DNA of 32,000 nt from an uncultured Oscillospiraceae bacterium (GTDB lineage Bacteria > Bacillota > Clostridia > Oscillospirales > JAAYOS01). Below, piece by piece: positions 11,216 to 19,220 of this stretch. Within the stretch, counting starts at the first letter, position 1; each line of letters starts with the position of its first letter. The position numbers and the translations under genes were made by a program. The stretch is from the NCBI GenBank assembly GCA_964493515.1, contig CAZBNJ010000010.1:12352-44351 (forward strand), written 5' to 3'. The notes under the pieces are model-generated. The model was given only the letters and a program-made list of their open reading frames with translations, did no database searches and was not told where the DNA came from.

Positions 11216-12141
11216 TGAGGATTGAACGAGGAATATTCAAGTCGCCGGCGGACGGGATAGACGTACACGCGGTGGCGGTGCTGCCCGACGGCGAGCCGAA
11301 GGCGATACTCCAGCTTGCGCACGGCATGATGGAGCACAAGGAGCGATATCTTCCGTTCATGGAGTACATGGCGGGGCGAGGATATCTCTGCTGCATAAAC
11401 GATCATCGCGGTCACGGCGAGACGAGCAGGGACTCGCTCGGATACTTCGGCGAAAACGGCGGCGAGGCGCTCGTGGAGGATATGCACGAGCTGACGAAGC
11501 TGCTGAAGAAGGGGCACGAGCAGCTGCCTTTCTTCCTGTTCGGACACAGCATGGGCTCGCTTGCGGTGCGCGCGTACACCAAGCGCTACGACAGCGAGCT
11601 GGACGGACTTGTCATCTGCGGATGCCCGTCCGAAAATCCGATGAGCGGCATGGGCTATGCGCTTGTGAGCGTCATGGCGAAGTTTAAGGGCGAGCGCGGC
11701 TACTCGAAAACCATCCACAAGATGGTGGACGGCGGATTCAACAAGCAGTATGCGAAAGTAAACGACGGCACGTCCTGGACGAGCAGCGACCCGGCGTCGG
11801 TCAAGGCGTATGTCGACGACCCACTGTGCAACTTCTGGTTCACGCTGAACGGCTACAAATCGCTGCTGTGGCTCATGCGTGAGTGCTACTCGAAGCGCGG
11901 CTGGGCGATGGCAAATCCCGAGCTGCCGATACTGTTTGTCAGCGGCGGCGAGGATGTCTGCCGCATAAGCGACCAAAAGCTGGAGGACGCGGCGCGGCAT
12001 CTGCGCGACAGAGGATATGACCTGCCCGAAGTCCGCATCTGGCCGGGTATGCGCCACGAGATACTCAACGAGCGGGACAAGGACAAGGTGTACCGCGACC
12101 TCGGCGACACGCTCGACGAGTGGACGGAGAAGGCGAAATGA
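11215..12141 (+). CDS. Alpha/beta hydrolase (lysophospholipase / monoacylglycerol lipase-like)
   Basis: ATG 11215 overlaps the upstream TGA (TGATG) after ACGGAGG. The protein has an HG oxyanion segment (LQLAHGMMEH), the nucleophile elbow GHSMGS and a C-terminal 'GMRHEILNE' His motif. Confidence 0.85.
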   Translation: MRIERGIFKSPADGIDVHAVAVLPDGEPKAILQLAHGMMEHKERYLPFMEYMAGRGYLCCINDHRGHGETSRDSLGYFGENGGEALVEDMHELTKLLKKGHEQLPFFLFGHSMGSLAVRAYTKRYDSELDGLVICGCPSENPMSGMGYALVSVMAKFKGERGYSKTIHKMVDGGFNKQYAKVNDGTSWTSSDPASVKAYVDDPLCNFWFTLNGYKSLLWLMRECYSKRGWAMANPELPILFVSGGEDVCRISDQKLEDAARHLRDRGYDLPEVRIWPGMRHEILNERDKDKVYRDLGDTLDEWTEKAK

Positions 12142-12692
12142 CAAACAGGACGATAAAGCCGATAGAGCCGAAGTATCTCCTGCCGGCGGAGGAAATGGTT
12201 GAGATGGCATTTGCCGAGTATCAGCTCTTGGGGGACGGCAAGGTCGAGCGCGAGCTGGTAAGAGAGATACGCGCGGGCAGATACTACACGCCCGAGCTTG
12301 AGATAATAGCGGTCGATGACTTCGACGAGGTGATAGGCTACGCGATGTTTTCGCGCTTTCACATCGAGGGACGGTACGAACACGAGCTGCTTATACTGGC
12401 ACCGGTCGCGGTCAAGACCGAGCATCAGCGTCAGCACATATCGAAGGACATGATAGAGTTCGGATTTGAGCGGGCGAGGGAGCTTGGGTTCAAGGCGGTG
12501 TTGGTGGAGGGAGATCCGCGCAACTACAACCCACGCGGATTCAGGACATCGAGGGACTACGGCATCGTCGCCGGACCGAGCGTGCATCTGCCGGCGCCCG
12601 AGTGCCTGATGGTCGTGGAGCTAATACCCGGCGGGCTTGACGGGATGCACGGCGAGGTGGACTATTCCTGTTACAGGTCAATGTGCGAATAA
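12138..12692 (+). CDS. GNAT-family N-acetyltransferase (YhbS-like)
   Basis: ATGA overlap with the upstream gene. 'VAVKTEHQRQHISKDMIEFGFERARELGFKAVLVEGDPRNYNPRGF' fits the acetyl-CoA-binding core of YhbS-type GNATs. Confidence 0.8.
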   Translation: MTNRTIKPIEPKYLLPAEEMVEMAFAEYQLLGDGKVERELVREIRAGRYYTPELEIIAVDDFDEVIGYAMFSRFHIEGRYEHELLILAPVAVKTEHQRQHISKDMIEFGFERARELGFKAVLVEGDPRNYNPRGFRTSRDYGIVAGPSVHLPAPECLMVVELIPGGLDGMHGEVDYSCYRSMCE

Positions 12693-12696
12693 CAGA

Positions 12697-12726
12697 CAAA
12701 AGCGGAGCGCGAAGCTCCGCTTTTTG
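12697..12726 (+). terminator. Rho-independent terminator
   Basis: gcggagc-gcgaa-gctccgc hairpin followed by TTTTT. Confidence 0.85.
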
Positions 12727-12783
12727 GTATCATCCGGCGCGTTTTGCGGTAAACTAACAAAAACGCGTTAGGGGCGAAAAGAT

Positions 12784-13221
12784 ATGCGTATTGCGGTGAT
12801 GGGAGAGGACAGCGCAAACTTTTGCGACGAGGCGCGGAGGCTGCTCGCGCTCGAATATGTCGAGCTGTGCCGAGCCTCGGACGGTGCGAATGCGCTGCTG
12901 CTTTTGGACAGGGAATGGGTCGAGCCTGCCGCCGCGCCGGTAGCGGTCGTTCGCGGCGACGCGCAGGGCAGTGTTGCGGCGGAGGTCGCGATAAGCTACG
13001 GGATGTCGCCGCGGGACACGCTGACCGTGTCCGGCGTCACGCTCGACGGGCTTGCGCTGTCGGTGCAGCGGGAGTTTTTCACGCTGGACGGTAGGCGGGT
13101 GGTCATCCAGGAGCTTACGCTCGACTGGTCGCTCGGGCCGGAGCGTGCGCTGCCGATAGCCGCGCTCGGACTGCTTGTCGGCGAGCTTGGCGAATCGGTT
13201 TACGCCGCGTCTCCCGAATAG
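12784..13221 (+). CDS. Hypothetical protein (145 aa)
   Basis: ATG lies 9 nt after AGGGG and codon usage is GC3-rich. The C-terminal half loosely resembles the middle/end of a Mur-ligase central domain (ISYGMSPRDTL...ALPIAALGLLVGELG). This is weak. Confidence 0.4.
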   Translation: MRIAVMGEDSANFCDEARRLLALEYVELCRASDGANALLLLDREWVEPAAAPVAVVRGDAQGSVAAEVAISYGMSPRDTLTVSGVTLDGLALSVQREFFTLDGRRVVIQELTLDWSLGPERALPIAALGLLVGELGESVYAASPE

Positions 13222-13520
13222 AACTCCTCGGCAGCCTCGGCGCACTCGCTGCGGGTATCGCCGCTGCATATGAACCGACCGCCGATATATGCCTCGTAGT
13301 GTCCGCGAACATTCTTGATCTCGACTGACATGATGTTGTGCTCCTTTCTCATTGCGAAAATGCGTTTGATGTCTCCTGCGATAAAGGTGAGTGCTATTGG
13401 GATGGTGAGGAACAGCGGCGTTATGTCCACCTCGCGTCCCGGCTCGCTTGCAAACAGACAGTAGAGTATCGAGCCAATCAGCAGTGCTACGCCGAGTGTG
13501 AGGTCGCTTATGCGTCTCAT
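13200..13520 (-). CDS. Small membrane protein (106 aa, two predicted TM helices plus soluble tail)
   Basis: ATG 13520 lies 7 nt after AAAGGAGGTG. There are two hydrophobic helices. A second strong RBS (GAAAGGAG) precedes the in-frame ATG at 13331, which would give a 43-aa C-terminal product. Confidence 0.6.
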   Translation of the reverse strand: MRRISDLTLGVALLIGSILYCLFASEPGREVDITPLFLTIPIALTFIAGDIKRIFAMRKEHNIMSVEIKNVRGHYEAYIGGRFICSGDTRSECAEAAEEFYSGDAA

Positions 13521-13675
13521 TTGTTTGAACACCTCCTTTGTATGGTCTAAGGATATCAGAAGCAGAGTCCGATAAAACGGACTCACAAAAACTTTTCTGA
13601 AAATTTGCGAAAAAGTTTTGTCCGGACGCGCAAAAAGCGGGTCGGGTACATAGTATGGCAAGAGCGTTTTTCGCA

Positions 13676-13704
13676 TTGACGCGCCGCCGCGTAAGTGATA
13701 AAAT
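13676..13704 (+). promoter_or_regulatory. Putative sigma-A promoter of the hydrolase-murF-ddl operon
   Basis: TTGACG (13676-13681), 17-nt spacer, TAAAAT (13699-13704). Confidence 0.4.
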
Positions 13705-13734
13705 ATCAGTTGACAGTATTTGGAGGTATGGCGG

Positions 13735-14508
13735 ATGAGAGCGGAAGTCGGTTCGATAGCCACAAATTACGAACTTGCGGGCGAGGGGGAGACCCTCGTT
13801 CTTCTGCTGCACGGATGGGGCGCGAGCCTTGAACTGTACCGCCCGACGATAGAACTGCTGAAGGGCAGCTATCGCGTTGCCGCGCCCGACTTTCCGGGAT
13901 TTGGCGGCAGCGACGAGCCTTCGGCGGCATGGGACGTCGGACGCTACGCCGACTGGACGGTCGAGTTTGTGAAGATGCTGGGCGCGAAGCGGGTGATACT
14001 CGTCGGACACAGCTTTGGCGGTCGTGTGACGATAAAGCTCGCGAGCCGCGGCGATCTTCCGTTTGCCATTGAGAAGGCGGTGCTTATCGACAGCGCCGGC
14101 ATAAAGCCGACCCCGTCAGCCAAGTCGAAGCTGAAAAGCAGGCTGTACAAGATCGGGCGCAGCGTCATGGGCGCTCCGCCGATGAAAAATATCTTTCCTA
14201 ATGCGGTGGAAAATATGCGAAAAAGGGTTGGTTCCGCCGACTACAACGCCGCGTCGCCGCTCATGCGACAGGTGCTTGTAAAGACGGTGAACGAGGACCT
14301 CACGCCGCTGCTTGAGAGGATATCGGTGCCTACGCTGCTGATATGGGGCGAAAACGACACCGCGACGCCGTTGTCCGACGCAAAGACGATGGAGCGTCTG
14401 ATACCGAACGCGGGGCTTGTGACCCTTCGCGGCGCGGGGCACTACTCGTTTATCGACGACCGTTACACATACGAGCGGGTCATGAAATCATTTCTGAAGA
14501 TCGGGTGA
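13735..14508 (+). CDS. Alpha/beta hydrolase
   Basis: ATG 13735 lies 8 nt after GGAGG. The protein has 'LLLHGWG', the nucleophile elbow GHSFGG and a C-terminal 'GAGHYSF' His motif. Confidence 0.85.
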   Translation: MRAEVGSIATNYELAGEGETLVLLLHGWGASLELYRPTIELLKGSYRVAAPDFPGFGGSDEPSAAWDVGRYADWTVEFVKMLGAKRVILVGHSFGGRVTIKLASRGDLPFAIEKAVLIDSAGIKPTPSAKSKLKSRLYKIGRSVMGAPPMKNIFPNAVENMRKRVGSADYNAASPLMRQVLVKTVNEDLTPLLERISVPTLLIWGENDTATPLSDAKTMERLIPNAGLVTLRGAGHYSFIDDRYTYERVMKSFLKIG

Positions 14509-14512
14509 GACG

Positions 14513-16099
14513 ATGAGTTTAACTGTTGTGCTTCTGTACACGCTTGCGGCGGTCATATGGGTGCTTGCGAGCTTCAACGCGCTGCGGCACGAGCTGCATA
14601 TGTTCCAGCAGAGCGGCTACCGACCGGTGCGGTACGCGCGTCGTATAGCCGCAAAGCCGCTCGACCTGCTGCCGTATCTGGCGTTTATCCTGTTTGCCGG
14701 TATCGGCAGGTGGATGTACGACACGCCGTGGCGGTATCTTGGAGTTGGGGTGTTCAGCATCGGCGCGACGATAGTCGGCATTGCAAAGATGAAGCGTCAG
14801 GCAAAGAAACCGCTGGTCTGGACGGCGCGCGCAAAGCGGTTATTCGCGACCGCCGCGGTACTGCTCGCCGCGACCGCCGTGTTATGCGCCATCTTTATGC
14901 CGCGCCGCGCAGGCGAGCCGTGGAACGGTAAGGTGTTCTGCATCGTCGGATGTGTGAGCGCGCTCATGCCGGTGGCGATAAGCATCGCGTGCGCGATAAA
15001 CACGCCGATGGAGCGCGGGATAAATCGAGGCTATATCAACGACGCGAAGCGCATACTCGGCGGGATGCCGAACCTCACCGTCGTCGGCGTGACCGGAAGC
15101 TACGGCAAGACGAGCGTGAAAAACTATCTCGCGGCACTGCTCGGCGCGAAGTACATGACGCTTGCCACACCGGAGAGCTACAACACGACGCTCGGCGCGG
15201 TACGCACGATACGGGAATATTTAAAACCGACGCACGAGGTGTTCATCTGCGAGATGGGCGCGCGCCAGGTGGGGGATATACGCGAGATATGCGAGCTTGT
15301 GCATCCGCAGCACGGCATCATAACAGCGGTGGGCGAGCAGCATCTCGAGACTTTCGGTTCGCGTGAGAACATACGAAAGACGAAGTACGAGCTTGCGGAC
15401 GCGCTGCCGTCCGACGGCAAGCTGTTCGTAAACGGGGACAGCGACGGCATAGCCTCCGAGCCTCCGAAGCACAGCCACATGACATACGGACTGGACGGCG
15501 GCCGCGACTTCTGCGGTGAGGTGCTGTCGGTCAGCAGGAAGGGGACCGAATTCCGTGTGACGACGCCTTCGGGCGAGAGCGCGACATTCACAACGCCGCT
15601 CATCGGCGCGCACAACGTGCAGAACCTGGTCGGCGCGATAGCGTGCGCATATGAGCTTGGAGTGCCGCTGGAGGATATGAGGCGTCCGCTGATGCGGATG
15701 AAGCCGGTGGAGCACCGTATGCAGCTCATCGAGCGCGGCTCTGTGACGATAATCGACGACGCGTACAACTCGAATCCCGCTGGAGCGCATGCGGCGCTTG
15801 AGACGCTCGGACTGTTCGACATAAAGCGGGTGCTTGTCACGCCGGGAATGGTCGAGCTTGGCGCGCGCGAGGCGGAGCTGAACCGTGAGTTCGGCGCGGA
15901 CGCAGCGGCACACTGCGATGCCGTGGCGCTTGTGGGCGAGGCACAGACCAAGCCGATATACGAGGGGCTTGTCGGCGCGGGCTTTGACAGGGAGAACATC
16001 TTTGTCGCGGATACGCTCGGCGACGCGATGAAATGGGTATATTCACTCGGCGGTGAGAAGGTCATCCTTCTTGAGAACGATCTGCCGGACAACTATTAG
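14513..16099 (+). CDS. murF: MurF-like UDP-MurNAc-tripeptide--D-Ala-D-Ala ligase with a polytopic membrane N-terminal extension
   Basis: The central and C-terminal Mur ligase domains are present: P-loop GVTGSYGKTS, 'EMGARQVGDI', 'ITAVGEQHLETFGS' and 'DDAYNSNP'. The first ~175 aa are 4-5 hydrophobic helices instead of the usual soluble N-domain. ddl lies immediately downstream. Confidence 0.8.
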   Translation: MSLTVVLLYTLAAVIWVLASFNALRHELHMFQQSGYRPVRYARRIAAKPLDLLPYLAFILFAGIGRWMYDTPWRYLGVGVFSIGATIVGIAKMKRQAKKPLVWTARAKRLFATAAVLLAATAVLCAIFMPRRAGEPWNGKVFCIVGCVSALMPVAISIACAINTPMERGINRGYINDAKRILGGMPNLTVVGVTGSYGKTSVKNYLAALLGAKYMTLATPESYNTTLGAVRTIREYLKPTHEVFICEMGARQVGDIREICELVHPQHGIITAVGEQHLETFGSRENIRKTKYELADALPSDGKLFVNGDSDGIASEPPKHSHMTYGLDGGRDFCGEVLSVSRKGTEFRVTTPSGESATFTTPLIGAHNVQNLVGAIACAYELGVPLEDMRRPLMRMKPVEHRMQLIERGSVTIIDDAYNSNPAGAHAALETLGLFDIKRVLVTPGMVELGAREAELNREFGADAAAHCDAVALVGEAQTKPIYEGLVGAGFDRENIFVADTLGDAMKWVYSLGGEKVILLENDLPDNY

Positions 16100-16112
16100 G
16101 AGGAGATTGCGG

Positions 16113-17315
16113 ATGAAGATAAGGGTAGGGCTGTTTTTCGGCGGACGGAGCGTTGAGCACGAGGTGTCGGTGATAACCGGACTTCAGGCTCTCGCGAACA
16201 TGGACACCGAGCGCTTTGAGGTCACGCCGATATACATTACCAAGCAGTCGGCGCTGTATGTGGGAGAGGACATAGGCAAGATCGAGGCGTACCGCGACAT
16301 TCCGGCGCTGCTCAGCCGCTCGACGCGCATGACGCTCGTAAATGACGGCGGGCGCGTGTACATGGTGCGCCATCCCGCAAAGAAGTTCGGCAACAACATA
16401 CTCGGCGAGCTGGACGTCGCTCTGCCCGCCGTCCACGGCACGAACGTAGAGGACGGCACGCTGCAGGGATACCTGAACTTTGTCGGACTGCCCTACGCCG
16501 GATGCGACATCCTTTCGAGCGCGGTCGGTATGGACAAGTTCGTTCAGAAGTGCGTGCTGAAGGAGAGCGGTATTCCGGTGCTCGACGCGCTGCGCCTGTC
16601 CGCAAACGACACGTCGGCGGTCGAGAAAATAGAGGAGAAGTTTGAATATCCGGTTATCGTAAAGCCGATAAACCTCGGCTCATCGGTTGGCATATCGGTC
16701 GCGCACGACCGCGCGGGACTGGAGGATTCGCTCGAGCTGGCGTTTGAGTTTTCCGAGCACGTCCTGGTCGAGCACGCGATAACCGAGCTGACCGAGATAA
16801 ACTGCGCGGTGCTCGGCGACGAATACGGCGCGCAGGCAAGCGTATGTGAGCGCCCGCTCGGCTCGGACGAGATACTCAGCTACGAGGACAAATATGTCGG
16901 CGGAAACTCGAAGGGCACAAAGTCGTCCGGTGGGTCGAAGGGCATGGCGACGCTCGGCCGCGAGCTGCCCGCAAACATTCCCGACGAGCTGCGCGACCGC
17001 ATACAAACGCTTGCGGTGCAGGCATTCGGCGCGCTTGGGTGCAGCGGCGTCGCACGCATCGACTTTATGATTGACGATGCTAGCGGCGAGCTTTACCTGA
17101 ACGAATTCAACACCATCCCCGGCTCGCTCGCGTTCTATCTGTGGGAGGCCGGCGGCATGAGCTACAAAGAGCAGCTCAGCCGCATGATAGATCTTGCGCT
17201 CGCGCGCGCTCGCCGCGAGCAGTCGATAAACTTCTCGTTCGACTCCAACATACTGGCAAACGCCAGCTTTGGCGGAAGCAAGGGCTCGAAGGGAGCAAAG
17301 GGCGGCAAGCGCTGA
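16113..17315 (+). CDS. ddl: D-alanine--D-alanine ligase
   Basis: RBS AGGAGGAG precedes ATG 16113. The protein reads MKIRVGLFFGGRSVEHEVS and has an ATP-grasp core with 'EFNTIPGS'. It carries a Gly/Ser/Lys-rich insert and tail. Confidence 0.93.
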   Translation: MKIRVGLFFGGRSVEHEVSVITGLQALANMDTERFEVTPIYITKQSALYVGEDIGKIEAYRDIPALLSRSTRMTLVNDGGRVYMVRHPAKKFGNNILGELDVALPAVHGTNVEDGTLQGYLNFVGLPYAGCDILSSAVGMDKFVQKCVLKESGIPVLDALRLSANDTSAVEKIEEKFEYPVIVKPINLGSSVGISVAHDRAGLEDSLELAFEFSEHVLVEHAITELTEINCAVLGDEYGAQASVCERPLGSDEILSYEDKYVGGNSKGTKSSGGSKGMATLGRELPANIPDELRDRIQTLAVQAFGALGCSGVARIDFMIDDASGELYLNEFNTIPGSLAFYLWEAGGMSYKEQLSRMIDLALARARREQSINFSFDSNILANASFGGSKGSKGAKGGKR

Positions 17316-17325
17316 ACGACAGATT

Positions 17326-17362
17326 ACAAAAACGGAGCTGTTCGTGGGAACAGCTCCGTTTT
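17326..17362. terminator. Bidirectional rho-independent terminator (ddl / merR-like)
   Basis: aacggagctgttc-gtgg-gaacagctccgtt hairpin (13 bp) with an A-run on the left and a T-run on the right. Confidence 0.85.
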
Positions 17363-17751
17363 CAGCACTTGTCGCATATGTTATGCAAATCGTTTTCGAC
17401 CGGTTCGACCGCGTCGTAGCGCGATATCTTATGGTTGAGCCGCTCGAGTGCCGAATTCATGTCGGCGATGTGTTCCTTCAGCTTTTCGCGCTGGTCGATA
17501 AGTATCTGTTTGCGCTCCTCAAAGGTGCCGTCGCCCTGCTGGAACAGCGCGACATAGCGCACGAGCGCGTCAATCTGGACGCCGGCGCTTCGCATGCACT
17601 TTGCAAGCTCTATCCACCGACAGTCGCCTTCGGTGTAGTTGCGGATGCCGCCGTCGGTGCGTCCGACCGCGGGTATAAGGCCGATGCGCTCGTAGTAGCG
17701 AAGCGTGTCGGCGGAAAGCTCATATTTGCGTGAAACTTCTGCGATGGTCAT
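17362..17751 (-). CDS. MerR-family transcriptional regulator
   Basis: N-terminal HTH 'MTIAEVSRKYELSADTLRYYERIGLIP' followed by a coiled-coil dimerisation helix. Confidence 0.9.
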   Translation of the reverse strand: MTIAEVSRKYELSADTLRYYERIGLIPAVGRTDGGIRNYTEGDCRWIELAKCMRSAGVQIDALVRYVALFQQGDGTFEERKQILIDQREKLKEHIADMNSALERLNHKISRYDAVEPVENDLHNICDKC

Positions 17752-17787
17752 TTGCGGGTGTACCTCTTTTCGCGTGTCGTTGATATA

Positions 17788-17818
17788 AGTATAGACCCTT
17801 GAGTAGACTCTAAGTCAA
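17788..17818 (-). promoter_or_regulatory. MerR-type promoter with 19-bp spacer and dyad (probable autoregulatory site)
   Basis: On the minus strand: TTGACT (17818-17813), 19-nt spacer, TATACT (17793-17788). Dyads GACT-tag-AGTC and CTTGA...TCAAG overlap the -35 and spacer. Confidence 0.5.
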
Positions 17819-17851
17819 GTGGTTTCGACAAATTATTTGCAAAACAAGGGC

Positions 17852-17879
17852 TTGACAATCAACGAAAAACTGGTATAAT
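17852..17879 (+). promoter_or_regulatory. Strong sigma-A promoter of tRNA-Ser
   Basis: TTGACA (17852-17857), 16-nt spacer, TGgTATAAT extended -10 (17871-17879). Confidence 0.65.
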
Positions 17880-17907
17880 ACATTGTGCGTGCGAAGCGCA
17901 CATATAT

Positions 17908-17996
17908 GGAGAGGTATCGAAGTGGTCATAACGGGGCTGACTCGAAATCAGTTTGCGTGAAAGCGCACGCGGGTTCGAATCCCGCCCTCTCCGCCA
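17908..17996 (+). tRNA. tRNA-Ser (anticodon CGA), CCA encoded
   Basis: Acceptor stem GGAGAGG/CCTCTCC, anticodon loop CT-CGA-AA, long variable arm (TTGCGTGAAAGCGCACGC), T-arm GGGTTCGAATCCC, then discriminator G and CCA. Confidence 0.93.
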
Positions 17997-18002
17997 AAAA
18001 AG

Positions 18003-18049
18003 AAACCCTTGCAATTGCTCGGAAAGCGAGTTGTTGCAAGGGTTTTCGT
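18003..18049 (+). terminator. Rho-independent terminator after tRNA-Ser
   Basis: aaacccttgcaa...ttgcaagggttt long hairpin followed by TTTT. Confidence 0.7.
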
Positions 18050-18131
18050 TAGTTCTGCTCCTGACATTGAAATACATTCAAAAGCGCAAAAATGCACTAA
18101 TTCCATCGTATAAATATCGTACGCTGTGCGA

Positions 18132-19169
18132 TTATCGGAACTGCTCGTCAAGCTCATCCGCCGCACTCTTGAGCCGTGAATCTCGAACGTGAGTGTATAC
18201 GTCCTGTGTCATAGCGGCGGTCGAGTGACCGAGCCAGTACTGCGCGATTTTGAGGTCTACGCCGCGTTCGTGTAGCATGGTCGCATAACTGTGCCGGAGC
18301 TGATGCGGTGTTGCCGTTATACAAAGCTCGTCGCAATACTTCTTCCAGCGCCGGAAGAATCGCGTCTCTGTCATCGGCGACTGTCCACCGTCAACAGAGA
18401 AGATATACTCGTCTGGAGCACCTCCGTCCAGCAGAACCGAACGTAGCGGTGCGAGAATCGGAACATCGCGCACGCCCGCAGCGGATTTCGGCTTTTTGAT
18501 TTGGGCGTACTTGCCGTCTGCGTAGTCTGCGCTCTTGGTAACGTGTATGACCAGGTTATCGAGGTCGATATCCGCCCAAGTGAGCGCGAGAGCCTCGCCA
18601 CGTCGCAAGCCAGTATAGAGCAGCAGATAGGGGAGCAACCACACATCGGGATTATCACGAATCTTTTTCTCGACCTCCGGATCTGCCGCGAGTCGACGAG
18701 TCGACGATCTTCCTTCAGGCGCGGTGACGCGAGCACAAGGGTTATAGTCAAGGTCGTAGCTATCGCAAGTTACTCCGTGCTCGCATATTTGCCGGATAAC
18801 CTGCAAATACGACTTGATGGTCTTAGTTGTAAGACCTGTCCTTGCAAGACGCTTGAGGTAGTTTCGTATCTGCTGAGGGGTGATGCCACGAATCGGTTCG
18901 TCGCCAAATTCGTCAACGATAACCCGGTATATGGACTTATAGCCCTTGAGCGTCGACGGCGCGACGGTGTCACAGATCTCATTCCACCATTCCTCGGCGA
19001 CGACGTTGAAGGGTCTGCCTTTCTCCGATTGCTCGCGATAGTTCATGATTTTCTCGTCCACCTCGCGAATGGTGCGTCCGTAGAAGTGGACGAGCTTCCC
19101 AGTACGGGAATCGGTGCGGCAGGCTTCATAAAGCCCGCTTGGGCGTTGATAATACTTCTTTTTGGGCAT
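18132..19169 (-). CDS. Tyrosine-type site-specific integrase
   Basis: RBS AAAGGAG. The C-terminal catalytic motifs are 'GLRRGEALAL', 'HQLRHSYATML' and 'LGHSTAAMTQDVYTHV' (R...HxxR...Y). Confidence 0.93.
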   Translation of the reverse strand: MPKKKYYQRPSGLYEACRTDSRTGKLVHFYGRTIREVDEKIMNYREQSEKGRPFNVVAEEWWNEICDTVAPSTLKGYKSIYRVIVDEFGDEPIRGITPQQIRNYLKRLARTGLTTKTIKSYLQVIRQICEHGVTCDSYDLDYNPCARVTAPEGRSSTRRLAADPEVEKKIRDNPDVWLLPYLLLYTGLRRGEALALTWADIDLDNLVIHVTKSADYADGKYAQIKKPKSAAGVRDVPILAPLRSVLLDGGAPDEYIFSVDGGQSPMTETRFFRRWKKYCDELCITATPHQLRHSYATMLHERGVDLKIAQYWLGHSTAAMTQDVYTHVRDSRLKSAADELDEQFR

Positions 19170-19185
19170 AGGTGCTCCTTTCTGG

Positions 19186-19214
19186 TTGCATCCTCACGCC
19201 CAACGTGATATAAT
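19186..19214 (+). promoter_or_regulatory. Near-consensus extended -10 promoter pointing away from int
   Basis: TTGCAT (19186-19191), 17-nt spacer, TGaTATAAT (19206-19214). Confidence 0.5.
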
Positions 19215-19220
19215 ACAAGC

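Noticed and set aside
13200-13763. Full 187-aa minus-strand ORF from the track.
   Set aside because: The upstream 81 codons have no RBS and run across the promoter of the plus-strand hydrolase operon. The ATG at 13520 has a near-perfect SD, so the shorter 106-aa product is preferred.
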